Shown in pieces: positions 12,501 to 22,606 of a stretch of DNA of 64,000 bases. The translations under genes and the position numbers were made by a program. The stretch's first letter is position 1. Each line of letters starts with the position of its first letter. The notes under the pieces were generated by a model. It was given only the letters and a program-made list of their open reading frames with translations. It made no database searches and had not been told where the DNA came from. This DNA is from Lytechinus pictus (Eukaryota). The DNA is taken from positions 30,630,001 to 30,694,000 of the forward strand of contig NC_087251.1 in assembly GCF_037042905.1 (NCBI RefSeq). The letters are read 5' to 3'.

Positions 12501-15500
12501 CAGTTTGAAGTTACTTGATATGAATCTTAATTTTGTTATTGATATATCTTGTTTCTTGTTACTATAGGTGGTTGATAAGAAGAGCGATGAGTTCAAGTTG
12601 ATCAAAGACTACACTGAAAACACCCATGCAGCTACCCACAACTGGTACCGTCTCTCTGTTCAGGAGGTCTTCAGGATCGATAGAGAGGGTGAAGGTCCAA
12701 GGTTCAAACCTTTCAAGAAGCTTCATAACAGACAGCTACTATGGCATGGATCCCGCAAAACCAACTTTGGAGGAATCCTCTCTCAGGGACTTAGGATTGC
12801 CCCTCCTGAAGCCCCAGCAGTAAGTGGAAAATATGAAAATTATCATTGCCAGTTAAGAATCCCTCTTTTTCACACTTCTTGTAATATTTTGATCCTTGGA
12901 AGAAACGGGGGACAGGGTGGCTGAAACAAATTGGTATGTCGGTTTGAGCATGTCCTGAGGAGGGATGTTGAGTATGTTTTAAGAAGAACTTTGTAGTTTT
13001 AAGGTGTGTGGTTACCAAAGAAGACATGGAAGAAAGCTAGTGGGGAAGAAGAGTAGGGGGTCTTAGTTGAGGATGGAGGGTGCCCTACATTGTGCTAAGT
13101 TGAGAGAGAGGATCCGCAGTGATATAAGCAAGTGTGAGTTGAATCCTACAACCCCATTCATTGGGAACAAAACTAATTTTGGACTATTGACCGACTGGCT
13201 TTTCATTGATTAAAGAAACCCAATAGGTGGATAGTCTGGATGGTGAGATTTGCGGTTGCACCATGCAAGTTAGTCCTGAAAAGGACTGTTGGTTTATCTT
13301 TCTGATAATCGAAACGTCAAGAATAAAATTTCATTTAAGAGCCATTATCAGAAAGATAAACCAACATTCCTTTTCAGGACTAACTTACATGGTGTAACCG
13401 CACACCTCACCATCCAGTCTTGTCACCATGCAAACATTCAAAGATTGATAGTCTTAGGCAATTTATGAAATCGTTTGGATTGGACTGTATAAAATGTGTT
13501 CTAGAAAGGGAAGAAAAGGTATGATACACAGACTTGTTTTATTTCAAGTTTAATCTGCATGCAAATCTGTGAGGTTCTGTGTTAAGTAAATGTGTTTATT
13601 TTTCAATAGTGAGTGAACCTCAAACATCTCATAATTATTTTTCCCTCCTCTTCATTATCTTCACAGACTGGTTACATGTTTGGCAAGGGTATCTACTTTG
13701 CTGACATGGTAACAAAGAGTGCCAACTACTGTTACGCAAATGCCAGCAGTAACATCGGTCTCATGCTTCTCTCTGATGTTGCACTTGGTGACATGTATGA
13801 GCTTCGAGGGGCAAAGGGCATGTCAAAACCACCTGCTGGAAAACACAGTACTAAAGGTAGGGGCCCGTATTCTGAAGTCGGGTTTAAGTTAAACTCAGGT
13901 TTAAAGTTGTGGTTTAAGTATGGCGAGCCAATTGTTACATAAATCACTAACAGTAGAGATATCATACTTCAGCTCATTTGGCTCTCAAATCATTCATAAT
14001 TGTCTAGGAAGTATAAATAGATGATTGTGTCCACCATCGATGTATCAGGAAAGAGCACAGTAAACATAAGAAACATACAACTTAATAAAAATTTTGATAC
14101 TTTTGGCTTCCCATACTTACACCACAACTTTAAACCTGAGTTTAACTTAAACCCGACTTCATAGTACGGGCCATAGAGTGCTAGCGTGGAAGTTTCAGTT
14201 ATTTCAAATATGTTTTTATTGTTCAACATGTTTGTCAAAATATAAAAGAAAGTTACATGAGCTCGTAGGAAATACATGAGGGCAACAGTTTTCTGGTTTA
14301 TTTGAAAAATTGTAATGCTCTTAAATTATCATTGCTTTATAACTTTCCATGGAGTATAGATTTAGAAAAGTGGGCTCTGACAAACAAAAATGTTGATTAT
14401 TTTATGGAATTGTCCCTTTATTTGAAAATTTTGTACACAGCTCACTCAGTTCCCTTTAGATATTAGCTCTGAAATGTAGATCTGGGAGTTATCTTGATTT
14501 ATGCTTCCAGTAGTAACACTCAAATTGTGCTGCACTCGACCCAGTTGAGCTGAATGGGTACTGGCAGGCATGCTGGAAATGGCAGCTCAAGCTAATTATG
14601 TCTATTTGTGTCTGGCAGTATACATGTAAATGCCTATTTTCATTATCTATTGTGCTACATGTTAATGACTTTTGATTGTTATAACGAGCAGTTTCAATTA
14701 ATTGCTTTAGCAAAGTTTCTGGTATTACTCAATGAGACTTGAAGTAACTTGTGTATTTTTTCTAATTATTATAGGTCTTGGACGTACCTGTCCCGATCCT
14801 TCAGGCTTGGTCACCATTGAGGATAATCTTCAGGTTCCTATGGGGAAGGGTACTGATAGTGTTATCAACAATACCAGTCTTCTTTACAACGAGTATCCTT
14901 TTCAACTTGGAATAACCTTCTATCTACTTATTACTTCTTTAAGAGTCAACTTCACTTCACGGTTATGGTTAAAAGATTATGTAAGCCTTTAAAACAGGAA
15001 TTATTTTACTTTATATTGGGGGTTGTTACTGACTTCAGGATTATGATTATCAGATGCAGCAAATTAAAATGCATTTATAAAATTTATAGGCATCAAAATG
15101 ATTATCCACTCATAATAATAAACAATCATGATCCTTGTATTGCACAATTATGTCATAGTGGTCGTTGAAAAGTTTGTGGCATACTAGTGAAAATTTATTT
15201 TATTATGCTACCTGCAATTCTCTTTTGTTGAGTAAAGTCCATTTATTTTGTGTTAAAATCAAAGTATCATGATATTAAGCTGTATTCAGTGTCTTGTTCC
15301 AGTTAATACAATCCTGGGCCCTGTCTTACAAAGAGTTACAAGTGATCCGATCAATCGCAGCTATGGACGGCCAGCAATGTCAACATCTATTATGCATGTT
15401 TGTTCAAGATATTTTCTAGTTATGATGTATATTCATGCATTCATTTTTTTCGTGAAAATTCACTGCGCTTCTCTTTGCATACAAAGGTCATTGTGCATAT

Positions 15501-15803
15501 TTTTCGTAGAAAAAAATTATGACGCTGATGGATTTCCATAGAGTTACGATTGATCAGGTCAATCGTATCTCTTTGTAAGACGGGGCCATGGTTTTTCAAA
15601 AACATTGTAGAGTATTGTAGAAAATAGTTCCTTTCGAAAAGACTTTTTATTGGTCATTATGAAATCGCTTGAAAGAACTACTGGCCATGCTATTTCCGAA
15701 GTCGTTCCTTAACGTCAATCTCACTTTCAGATACATTGTATACGATGTTGCACAGGTCCAGATGCGCTACCTTATCAAGATGAATTTCAACTACAATTGT
15801 TGA
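3387..15803 (+). CDS. PARP1: Poly(ADP-ribose) polymerase 1, 3' part (WGR + regulatory + catalytic domains); gene span, 10 exons, 5' exons outside window
   Basis: Exons 3387-3513, 4237-4435, 9032-9160, 9997-10080, 11382-11504, 11929-12054, 12568-12819, 13667-13856, 14775-14892 and 15731-15803 join in frame. Motifs: [69 protein letters not shown]. The H-Y-E catalytic triad is intact. Confidence 0.97.
3530..4190. repeat. Compound (GAT/GGT/GAC)n trinucleotide microsatellite
   Basis: Directly visible; fills most of a PARP1 intron. Confidence 0.95.
4237..4435 (+). CDS. PARP1: PARP1 exon (WGR core)
   Basis: ataaag|CCAC...GAAGAG|gtagct; [18 protein letters not shown]...[10 protein letters not shown]...[11 protein letters not shown]. 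Confidence 0.94.
4886..5298. mobile_element. Non-autonomous DNA transposon with TTAA TSD (Kolobok-like)
   Basis: TTAA|AGGGATGCTCCGGGCT ... AGCCTGGAGCATTCCT|TTAA (TIR 14/16). Confidence 0.8.
5918..6750 (+). mobile_element. Helentron/HINE(DINE-1)-like element, family A, with four ~157-bp tandem units
   Basis: Subterminal IR GTGTCTCGCCCAC (5923-5935) / GTGGGCGAGACAC (6718-6730); 5' hairpin; T-rich ends; unit motif at 6096, 6253, 6409, 6566. Confidence 0.75.
6755..8091 (+). mobile_element. Helentron/HINE-like element, family B, copy 1 (one 192-bp unit then ~163-bp tandem units)
   Basis: Subterminal IR GTCTCGCCTGCAT / ATGCAGGCGAGAC; 5' hairpin, (GGC)n microsatellite; ends TTCCACTTGTT; two further copies in the window. 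Confidence 0.85.
9032..9160 (+). CDS. PARP1: PARP1 exon (start of regulatory domain)
   Basis: ttgtag|GAA...GAG|gtcatt; [43 protein letters not shown]. Confidence 0.93.
9997..10080 (+). CDS. PARP1: PARP1 exon
   Basis: ttttag|ATT...AAG|gtaatt; [28 protein letters not shown]. Confidence 0.95.
10796..11246. mobile_element. MITE, PIF/Harbinger-like
   Basis: ~40-bp TIR GA(C/G)GCCGTTCTCATTAC...AAAACTAGTTTACTGG; TSD TTG. Confidence 0.8.
11382..11504 (+). CDS. PARP1: PARP1 exon
   Basis: attcag|TTG...CAG|gtaggt; [41 protein letters not shown]. Confidence 0.94.
11929..12054 (+). CDS. PARP1: PARP1 exon
   Basis: ttccag|GCC...GAG|gtatgc; [42 protein letters not shown]. Confidence 0.94.
12110..12345. 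repeat. (GAT/GGT)n microsatellite
   Basis: Directly visible. Confidence 0.9.
12568..12819 (+). CDS. PARP1: PARP1 exon (catalytic His)
   Basis: ctatag|GTG...GCA|gtaagt; ...[10 protein letters not shown]...[30 protein letters not shown]. Confidence 0.96.
12928..13185 (+). mobile_element. Decayed 3' end of an RTE-clade LINE
   Basis: Disrupted translation [20 protein letters not shown]...PKKTWKK resembles the RTE ORF C-terminal WFGHVxRR...GRPKKTW motif. Confidence 0.5.
13236..13417. repeat. Long inverted repeat (~74-bp arms, ~34-bp spacer)
   Basis: CTGGATGGTGAG...CTTTCTGATAAT / ATTATCAGAAAG...CTCACCATCCAG. Confidence 0.9.
13667..13856 (+). CDS. PARP1: PARP1 exon (PARP signature, catalytic Tyr)
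   Basis: tcacag|ACT...AAAG|gtaggg; [22 protein letters not shown]...LLSDVALG...GKHSTK. Confidence 0.96.
13861..14173. mobile_element. MITE, PIF/Harbinger-like (GGCCCGTATTCTGAAG family)
   Basis: ~60-bp TIRs; TSD TAG; relatives at 32666, 33667 and about 44050. Confidence 0.85.
14775..14892 (+). CDS. PARP1: PARP1 penultimate exon, ending at a U12-type donor
   Basis: ttatag|GTCTT...AACGA|gtatcctttt; GLGRTCPDP...VPMGKG...TSLLYN(E). Confidence 0.93.
14893..15730 (+). other. U12-type (minor spliceosome) GT-AG intron of PARP1
   Basis: Donor GTATCCTTT at 14893; branch site TTCCTTAAC at 15705-15713, close to the AG at 15729-15730. Confidence 0.93.
15317..15587. mobile_element. MITE inside the U12 intron
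   Basis: TIR GGCCC(T/C)GTCTTACAAAGAG... of about 50 bp at both ends. Confidence 0.8.
15731..15803 (+). CDS. PARP1: PARP1 last coding exon
   Basis: tttcag|ATACATT...TGA; (E)[23 protein letters not shown]. Confidence 0.95.
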
Positions 15804-16144
15804 TGTGCATGGAAAATTCAACATGGAGAGAGATTTACCAGCCAAAGCCAAAAAAAAAAAAAAACAAGATGGAGATTGTCGTTGCTTACAGTGTATTCAG
15901 TTGGGAGAGTGGAATACAAGGCAGAAATAAACACATACTGCTAAATTATAATAAATCTAAAATAGAACTAAAGTAGATATATGGTTATTGAAGAGTACTT
16001 TATTTCACTGGATGGGACACAAATGGAGCACATATTGAAATGCGTGTAGCAGTAGCTGTTATTACAAGAATTGCTAAAATCAGAAAAGTTCATTGGTATT
16101 GAGAATTGTGTGTGAATTGTTGTTTTCTGCCTTATTTAGATTTG

Positions 16145-16421
16145 ATAATGATAATATATAGCATTCATGAGGCGCCGATTTATCTAGCTTCCCTGTTCAA
16201 TGGCGCACTATATATTACCCCTGCTGTAGCTCCAGCTGCTTAAGGTGCTTGGTGCATTCAAGGAATTAATCCTGCCTGTTAGCCAGTCACCTCACCTGGG
16301 TTGAGTGCAGCACAATATGGATAAATTTCTTGCTGAAGGAAAACACGCTGTGGCTGAGATTTTAACCCACGCCCCTCTCATTGAAAGACGAGATTCGTAA
16401 CCACTAGACCAGAATGCCCCC
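16145..16421 (-). mobile_element. tRNA-derived SINE downstream of the PARP1 stop (probably in the 3'UTR)
   Basis: Minus strand begins GGGGGCATTCTGGTCTAGTGGTTACGAATCTCGTCTTTCAATGAGAGGGGCGTGGGTTAAAATC (A box, Glu-like TTC loop, degenerate B box), followed by a body shared with a fragment at ~14520-14570 and an AT-rich tail. Confidence 0.75.
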
Positions 16422-19400
16422 ATTTATTTATCATTCAGTGCATTATTTTCAGTACCTATAACAAGCCATCCAAAGGTTTATAGGACATGCTTTCATGGAT
16501 GAAGTGCTAACCTATGTAATGTCAACATTAGGATTCAGGTTAAATCAGAGAGTCTGTGATAACAATCAGGATTGTTTTTTTAGGGGGGGCAGCAGAGCTT
16601 GTTTTCCTAGACATCTTTTTGCCTTCAGGTTTTATACACTCTAAATAAATTGTCTAGGCACTTTCTTTAGACAAAGTATTGCTTGTAACTTCCTAAAAAG
16701 TTTAGTGGATAAGTATACATTGTTTCTATATATTTGGGTTGAATCGGCTGCTTAGCGGAACACAACAGTAACAAATTTTAGTTTGCGAACACAAGGATTT
16801 TGTATGGGTCTCTCCTACATATCTAACCAATTCCTATGAGAGCTGGTTTTTGTTTTGTATGTGATACACTTCTTTTCCATAATTTCAGCATTCAAGTGGA
16901 TGTAAAAATAAGCTGCGGTTGAGTTCTTTGCCTTGATTTTCGTAATGATATCAATAAACTTCTGAGCTACTGCATAGATTATGACTGAACTAAAACTAAG
17001 TTCTGTATCCATTTGGAATAAAATGGCAGTATGATAAAGGAAACTGAGAGTAAAATCTGTAATACAAATTACTGAGGCATTTCATAGAAATGTAGTTGAT
17101 GTGGTTAAGGACGAGCAGTGGGATTTCTATTCTTCACATACATGGTATCCAACATGCATTGTAATGTAGAATTAAAAATACACTGCAATAATTATGCTTG
17201 AACATTTTTTTTTCACATTCATGTCATGATTATTACATTTATCTTTATGTACCAAGGTATGTTTAATAGTCATGAATCCTTGATGTTCTTTTTGTTTCAA
17301 TGCAAACATACCCATGATTTTCTCTCATATTTTTTATGAAATTCAGTTATTGTGCAGAGAAATGCCAATAAATACAAGGATGTGTATTGCAAAAATGCAA
17401 AGGCTGCTGGAACTGTATGAAACAACATAATAATTTGTTAATCCTCTTTACATTATTGTTATCACATAGTCCTTTGTTCTTTTCGTTGCCGTAAATCTTG
17501 CTTCTTCTTTTTTTACCTTCATAATCATAAATGTACATGTACAACCTCTTTTTGTCTTCCGTGTTTTTCATCTTGATACCGATTTGTTTGTATACAGATA
17601 TTATGAACAAGAAAAATAACCGTACTATCTAGCCATTGTAGATATCCACAATGCAAGAATTTTTTCTTTATACACTTTTTTACTTTTATTTGTTGTCATA
17701 CTCTAATTTTCATGTCTTTTTGTCTTTCACTTGTAAAATTCCTCTTTGTATTACTATTATATGAAAAAGATTGCCATGTTTTATTATGCATCCCCCTTTG
17801 AAAATTTCTGTCAAATTGAAATATGACAGGATTGTATGTTATCATATTGTTAATGGTATTCAAACAGTAATACCCAAATTGGATTGCTCTTGTGATACAC
17901 TGTAGCAAGCCCATGGAATACAAGGGCATAAATCAGTATGCTGCAATTTCTAACTTAAAAGAGATTTTTTTTTTTTTTTTAACAAACTTAAAAATAATTG
18001 AGGAGTTTTTGACTACAGACAAAGATTTGTGATTTGGATTATAGAGTACCTATAGGTATATTTGCATGATACCAATAGTGTAGAGTACGGCATATAATAT
18101 TGTAGACCAAGCTTGTAGCAATTAAAATTTCATATATTTAGGTTCATTTCTCACAAAAAGAAATTATGCATGTCAATAATTTTAGAATAAGAAAAAAAAA
18201 AGAACATTTGAAACATTGTTTTGGGCATATTTTTCCTAGAACTGTGTAGTAAGATACAGATGTGCCATAGTTACTAAATATTATTCAGATCTGAATAAAG
18301 TAGAAAATGATATTTTGTACAGAAAATGCTTATTCACATCACGTTCACTTTACAATAGCGACTGGAGACGTTTTATTACTGTGTCTTTAATATGTGTATT
18401 GTGTAGTAAGTTATACATACATTATAGAAGTTGGATTATTAAGTACATGAATTATGTGCCTCAAGTGTGTTAAAAGTGATAAAATATTATATCTTTCCTG
18501 AAAATACTTCTTTATTATGTCAAAATCATGAGGACTCATCAGACCTTGTAAACCATAACAGCTGAAAAATTTATAAATGTATCTACTATGAAGTGAAGTT
18601 GCATCATCTAGTATATAGATAACATTTGTTCTTGTTCCAAAGGCAGACGGAATAGATATCTATATTGTGCAGAAATTTGAATAAACTCATCAAATTGAAA
18701 ATTGTTGCACATCATGTTATTTGTCCATAGAATCAGGGGCAGTATTACTGGGGGAGGGGTAATAATCCCCCATGATCTTCATAGTGATATAGAAGAAAAT
18801 GGGCTTGAAAATAGTTTGGAGGATGGGGATAAAGGCCACCACACACCTTACAACTGGGACACGATACGATTTTGGAACGAATTGCATATTACTCATTTTT
18901 TGAAAATATGAATGAAAAATATCTTTATATTTTAAGTTCAAATTTAGCGAAAGAATACTAATATAACAATTTTAGATGATTGCAGGCTTTTCCTTTGAGT
19001 AAGGCCAAATTAGCTTCAAATCGTAGCCAATCATACTATTGCTATGACGTCTATGACTAGATATTAAATTCGCTTTCAATCTAATAAGGATGATAGCATA
19101 GTCACAGTTCTGAATATAGGTATTCATACAATGATTTAAAACATTACACACTAAGATATTCCATGTCTCAATATTAGGATCAAACTTTAGTACGTTTTAA
19201 TCCAAATTCAGGTCGCAGACCAATCATAAGGTGTGCGGTGGCCTTAAGAGAAATAAATCGCAGTCTCGGTACTGAAAGTACCCTATATATTCCACCAGAA
19301 GGCAACTCAAATCTCCTATGGTTCTTGTTAACATCCCCCTAGTAATCATTTGTGCTGTTATCAGTACCACTTTCATCCTCTCAGATTGGGGTGCAACGTA

Positions 19401-20364
19401 CTGTTTCTTCAAAATTAATGAGGCATAAAGATAGCTAGAATCAATTAAAAATAAGGGGGTGGATGAGTGCCCATCTTTTTTCTCTCTTTTTTGTATTTCT
19501 ATTTCATGAGAAATCATGATCTCTCCCACAATAATATTGCTTGATATGAACATATAGAATGACTTATATTTCTAAAATTTTGAGACGAGTCTGATTATGT
19601 ATCAGCTATTTACCAGGTCAATAAGTTATATGTTGTGCATTTCTTGTAGTATTTCAGTCAAATGGATGATTATTTAAATTACCTGGTATAAAAAAATAAG
19701 AAAAATTCCCTTTAAAAAAAAAATAGATTAATTGCCACATCATTTGTTGCTTCGAATACATCATTTGAAAATGTTCTATACAAAGTCATTTGAAACAATT
19801 TTGTGTTGAATCATTTTACGCTTGGTCCAAACAGCCTGCAAGAAAGGAAGTGAGAATGATGTTTGGCCCTAATACTGGCTCCTTATATTAATAGGCATTA
19901 TAATATCATTGTTGCACATTAAAGCAGATACGAACCAATAGAGCCATCTCGAGTCCTCAACTACTAGTACTCATACCTGGCCAGTTTCCTGACCCATAAT
20001 GCTAGTGTAGTCTAGTAATATATACCCACTTGAAGGATAACATGCTAATTAACTACTCAATACATTTATACCTCAATAAATATGTTACCAAGTAGCAAAA
20101 CAATTACTTTTCCTCTCAAAACATTTTAGTTTCTCTATACAAATGTAATTATAAGTCAATTTATTCTCTGTAGTATTAGTAGATATCTGAAAACGTATGT
20201 TTTAAGACTATATGAGAGACCACTTACAGTTCACTCCCCCTTTGTCACATACCTCATGAAAATGACACCAAATAATAGGGGAAAATTATGTAATGTCCAA
20301 TAAAAATGATAAATATTCAATATAATAAGCAATATTTTTCTAGGTGTAGTTTTTACACACTCAA

Positions 20365-20957
20365 AGGGGAATCCAGCCTTGTTCATGAAATGTTGTGTTG
20401 GGAAGGAGAAAAATAAATAAAACAGAATGGTGAAAGTTTGAAAGAAATCGGACAAGCAATAAGAAAGTTATAGCTGCTTTAAAATTAAGATCACTAATAG
20501 TATGTAGATTTCAAATTGGCAACTGGGTAAGTAAATTATGACAAGGGGCAAGGACAACTTTCCCATAGGCCATGTACTTTATTATCAGGGATTTGTGGTT
20601 TTCTCCTAAGTACCCATTCCCCTGGGGCAGTAATCTAAATATAACCCAGGTAGTATATTGTTTAATGTCCTCATGAATGAAAAATATAATTTGAAATAAA
20701 ATTTTTGGTAAAAATTTCATTTTAGCCATAATATGTATTGGAGTACAGAGTAGTCCTTGCCTTACATCACTATGACATCCCATATGCGGCCAATTTGAAG
20801 TCTCCATGAGTATAGTGATTACCAATATTTACAACTTTTAAAAATTCATAACTAGTTTCTTGTCTTTTGTCCAATATTGTTCAAACTTTCACCTATCAAC
20901 TTGTCTGATTTTTATTTTTCTTATAAAAACAAGCTTTTATTTGGGTTGGATTCCCCT
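20365..20957. mobile_element. Kolobok-like non-autonomous element
   Basis: TCAA|AGGGGAATCCAGCC ... GGTTGGATTCCCCT|TTAA. Confidence 0.8.
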
Positions 20958-22029
20958 TTAAGTATAGAATACAATCATTTTTTTTTTGGGGGGGGTGATA
21001 TCATTCATTCTCTGGCTTTAGTTCTATACTGGTTTATTAAAATGGAGGGGATGTGTATATGCTAACGTTCATGGCTAGGGAAATTAGCAGAAACACTTAT
21101 TCTTTTTAAAGGTGGAATTGAGAGTGGACTTACAACTTATTTTTTTAGAAGAAATATGGCTAAGAAGCAAAGTAATTAAGCAACCCTTTTTAGTTTAAGA
21201 ACTGAATTTTAGTTATTCTCTTGTGGGGGGTTAATTTTGAATAAAGCTATAAATTAATGTGAAATCATTTTGTGGTAGCTAGGGGAACTTCCAAGTACAT
21301 ACATGTCAAAGTTTAAAACCTTTAAACTTTGAATTTAAACATGCTGAAGAGAGGTTAATTATCACATGTGTACACATGCTCGGCTATGGGCCTATTGCAG
21401 TTTCCCAAATCTTCCCAAAATACCAGGGGTATATAGGAGCCTGATAAAAAAATAAAATATATCGAAATCTAAAACTATTCAATAAGTGACATGGGTCAAA
21501 AGAGTGCCAAGTAATGTTGACATTGAAGTTGATGCAGCTTATTTATTACAGTGGATTATCTATATCTGAATCACACTGTGTATAACAGATTTGCCCATCA
21601 GTCTTTGGCAAATACGAGAATGACACTAAATGTTTTAAAATTATAAACAGCATATTATATTTTCTAAAATGCAATGTGTGAATTGTTTAAGAAAAAATTC
21701 ATTGTCTGGATAACGATAGGTAAACTTTTCGAGATGCATATGATTCCAATAATTCCAACCACATATGGCTTTCATAAGTTGTCACACTGTCAGTGTCAGG
21801 AAGTAGATCGGGTTTTTTTCAGATCTCTGCATGTGCTCCTCTCTTTCTTATTTTTTTCCATACTTTTTTTAATTCAAATCTTTCATCTGATTTGTTCCTT
21901 TTTTTTTCTTTCTGTATTATATGTCTTTATGTCTTATATATATATATTTTGTTTCATTTTCTTCATTCACTGTTTATAATGGCACATGCTGCCTTGCCCC
22001 TGGTAATCGTTTTATTGGAATCTAGAGCA

Positions 22030-22465
22030 TGATAGCGAGCTTGCTTGGGCGAGTTTTATTTTTCAAGATTCTAGGACGATGTGTCTAGGTTCAGTTGCTT
22101 CGTGTAAAATTGTGTGACGTGTATCCATCACATAAACTTCCCCGCTTCTGCATTCGGTGAAGTGGTAAACCCAAGATATCAGTAATTTTTAGACGAGGAA
22201 TTCAAGACCAAGATAAACAGAAGAGACACCTAGAAGTTATTTATTCTTCAAATCTTTCTAAGATCCAGTAAACAACTTAACAAGGTCTGCATCGTAAAGT
22301 TGGACTCGGAGACGGAGTCGGAGCGGAGGTAACGAAGGCGGCAGCGGACAGGACCGCCAGAACTTACCGGTCCCGATATAGGCGATACGCAGTGTGCCAC
22401 TTGCCACCGAGGCAACAGACAACAGTTGATGCCAACGACACGTCCCCAACTGGAAACTAGACAAC
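22030..22465 (+). promoter_or_regulatory. CpG-rich promoter/5'UTR region of TMEM87
   Basis: Local rise in GC and CpG content immediately upstream of the ATG, in otherwise AT-rich DNA; TSS not determined. Confidence 0.5.
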
Positions 22466-22606
22466 ATGGAGCTCCAAACGATGAAAGTGTGGAGCTTGAA
22501 GATTGCTGTACTTTTTTACTTGACTTTTTCAGTTGTTGCCTCTAGTGAGATGTTCTTGGAACCCGGTGTTTTCGAAGTAGAAATTTCTCTTTCACCATCG
22601 AATTCG
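22466..22606 (+). CDS. TMEM87A: TMEM87 exon 1 (signal peptide)
   Basis: ACAACATGG start; MELQTMKVWSLKIAVLFYLTFSVVASSEMFLEPGVFEVEISLSPSNS|gtaatt. Confidence 0.85.

Noticed and set aside
16350..16421. tRNA-Glu-like sequence on the minus strand
   Set aside because: Degenerate B box and acceptor stem, and continuous with a SINE body; it is a SINE head, not a tRNA gene
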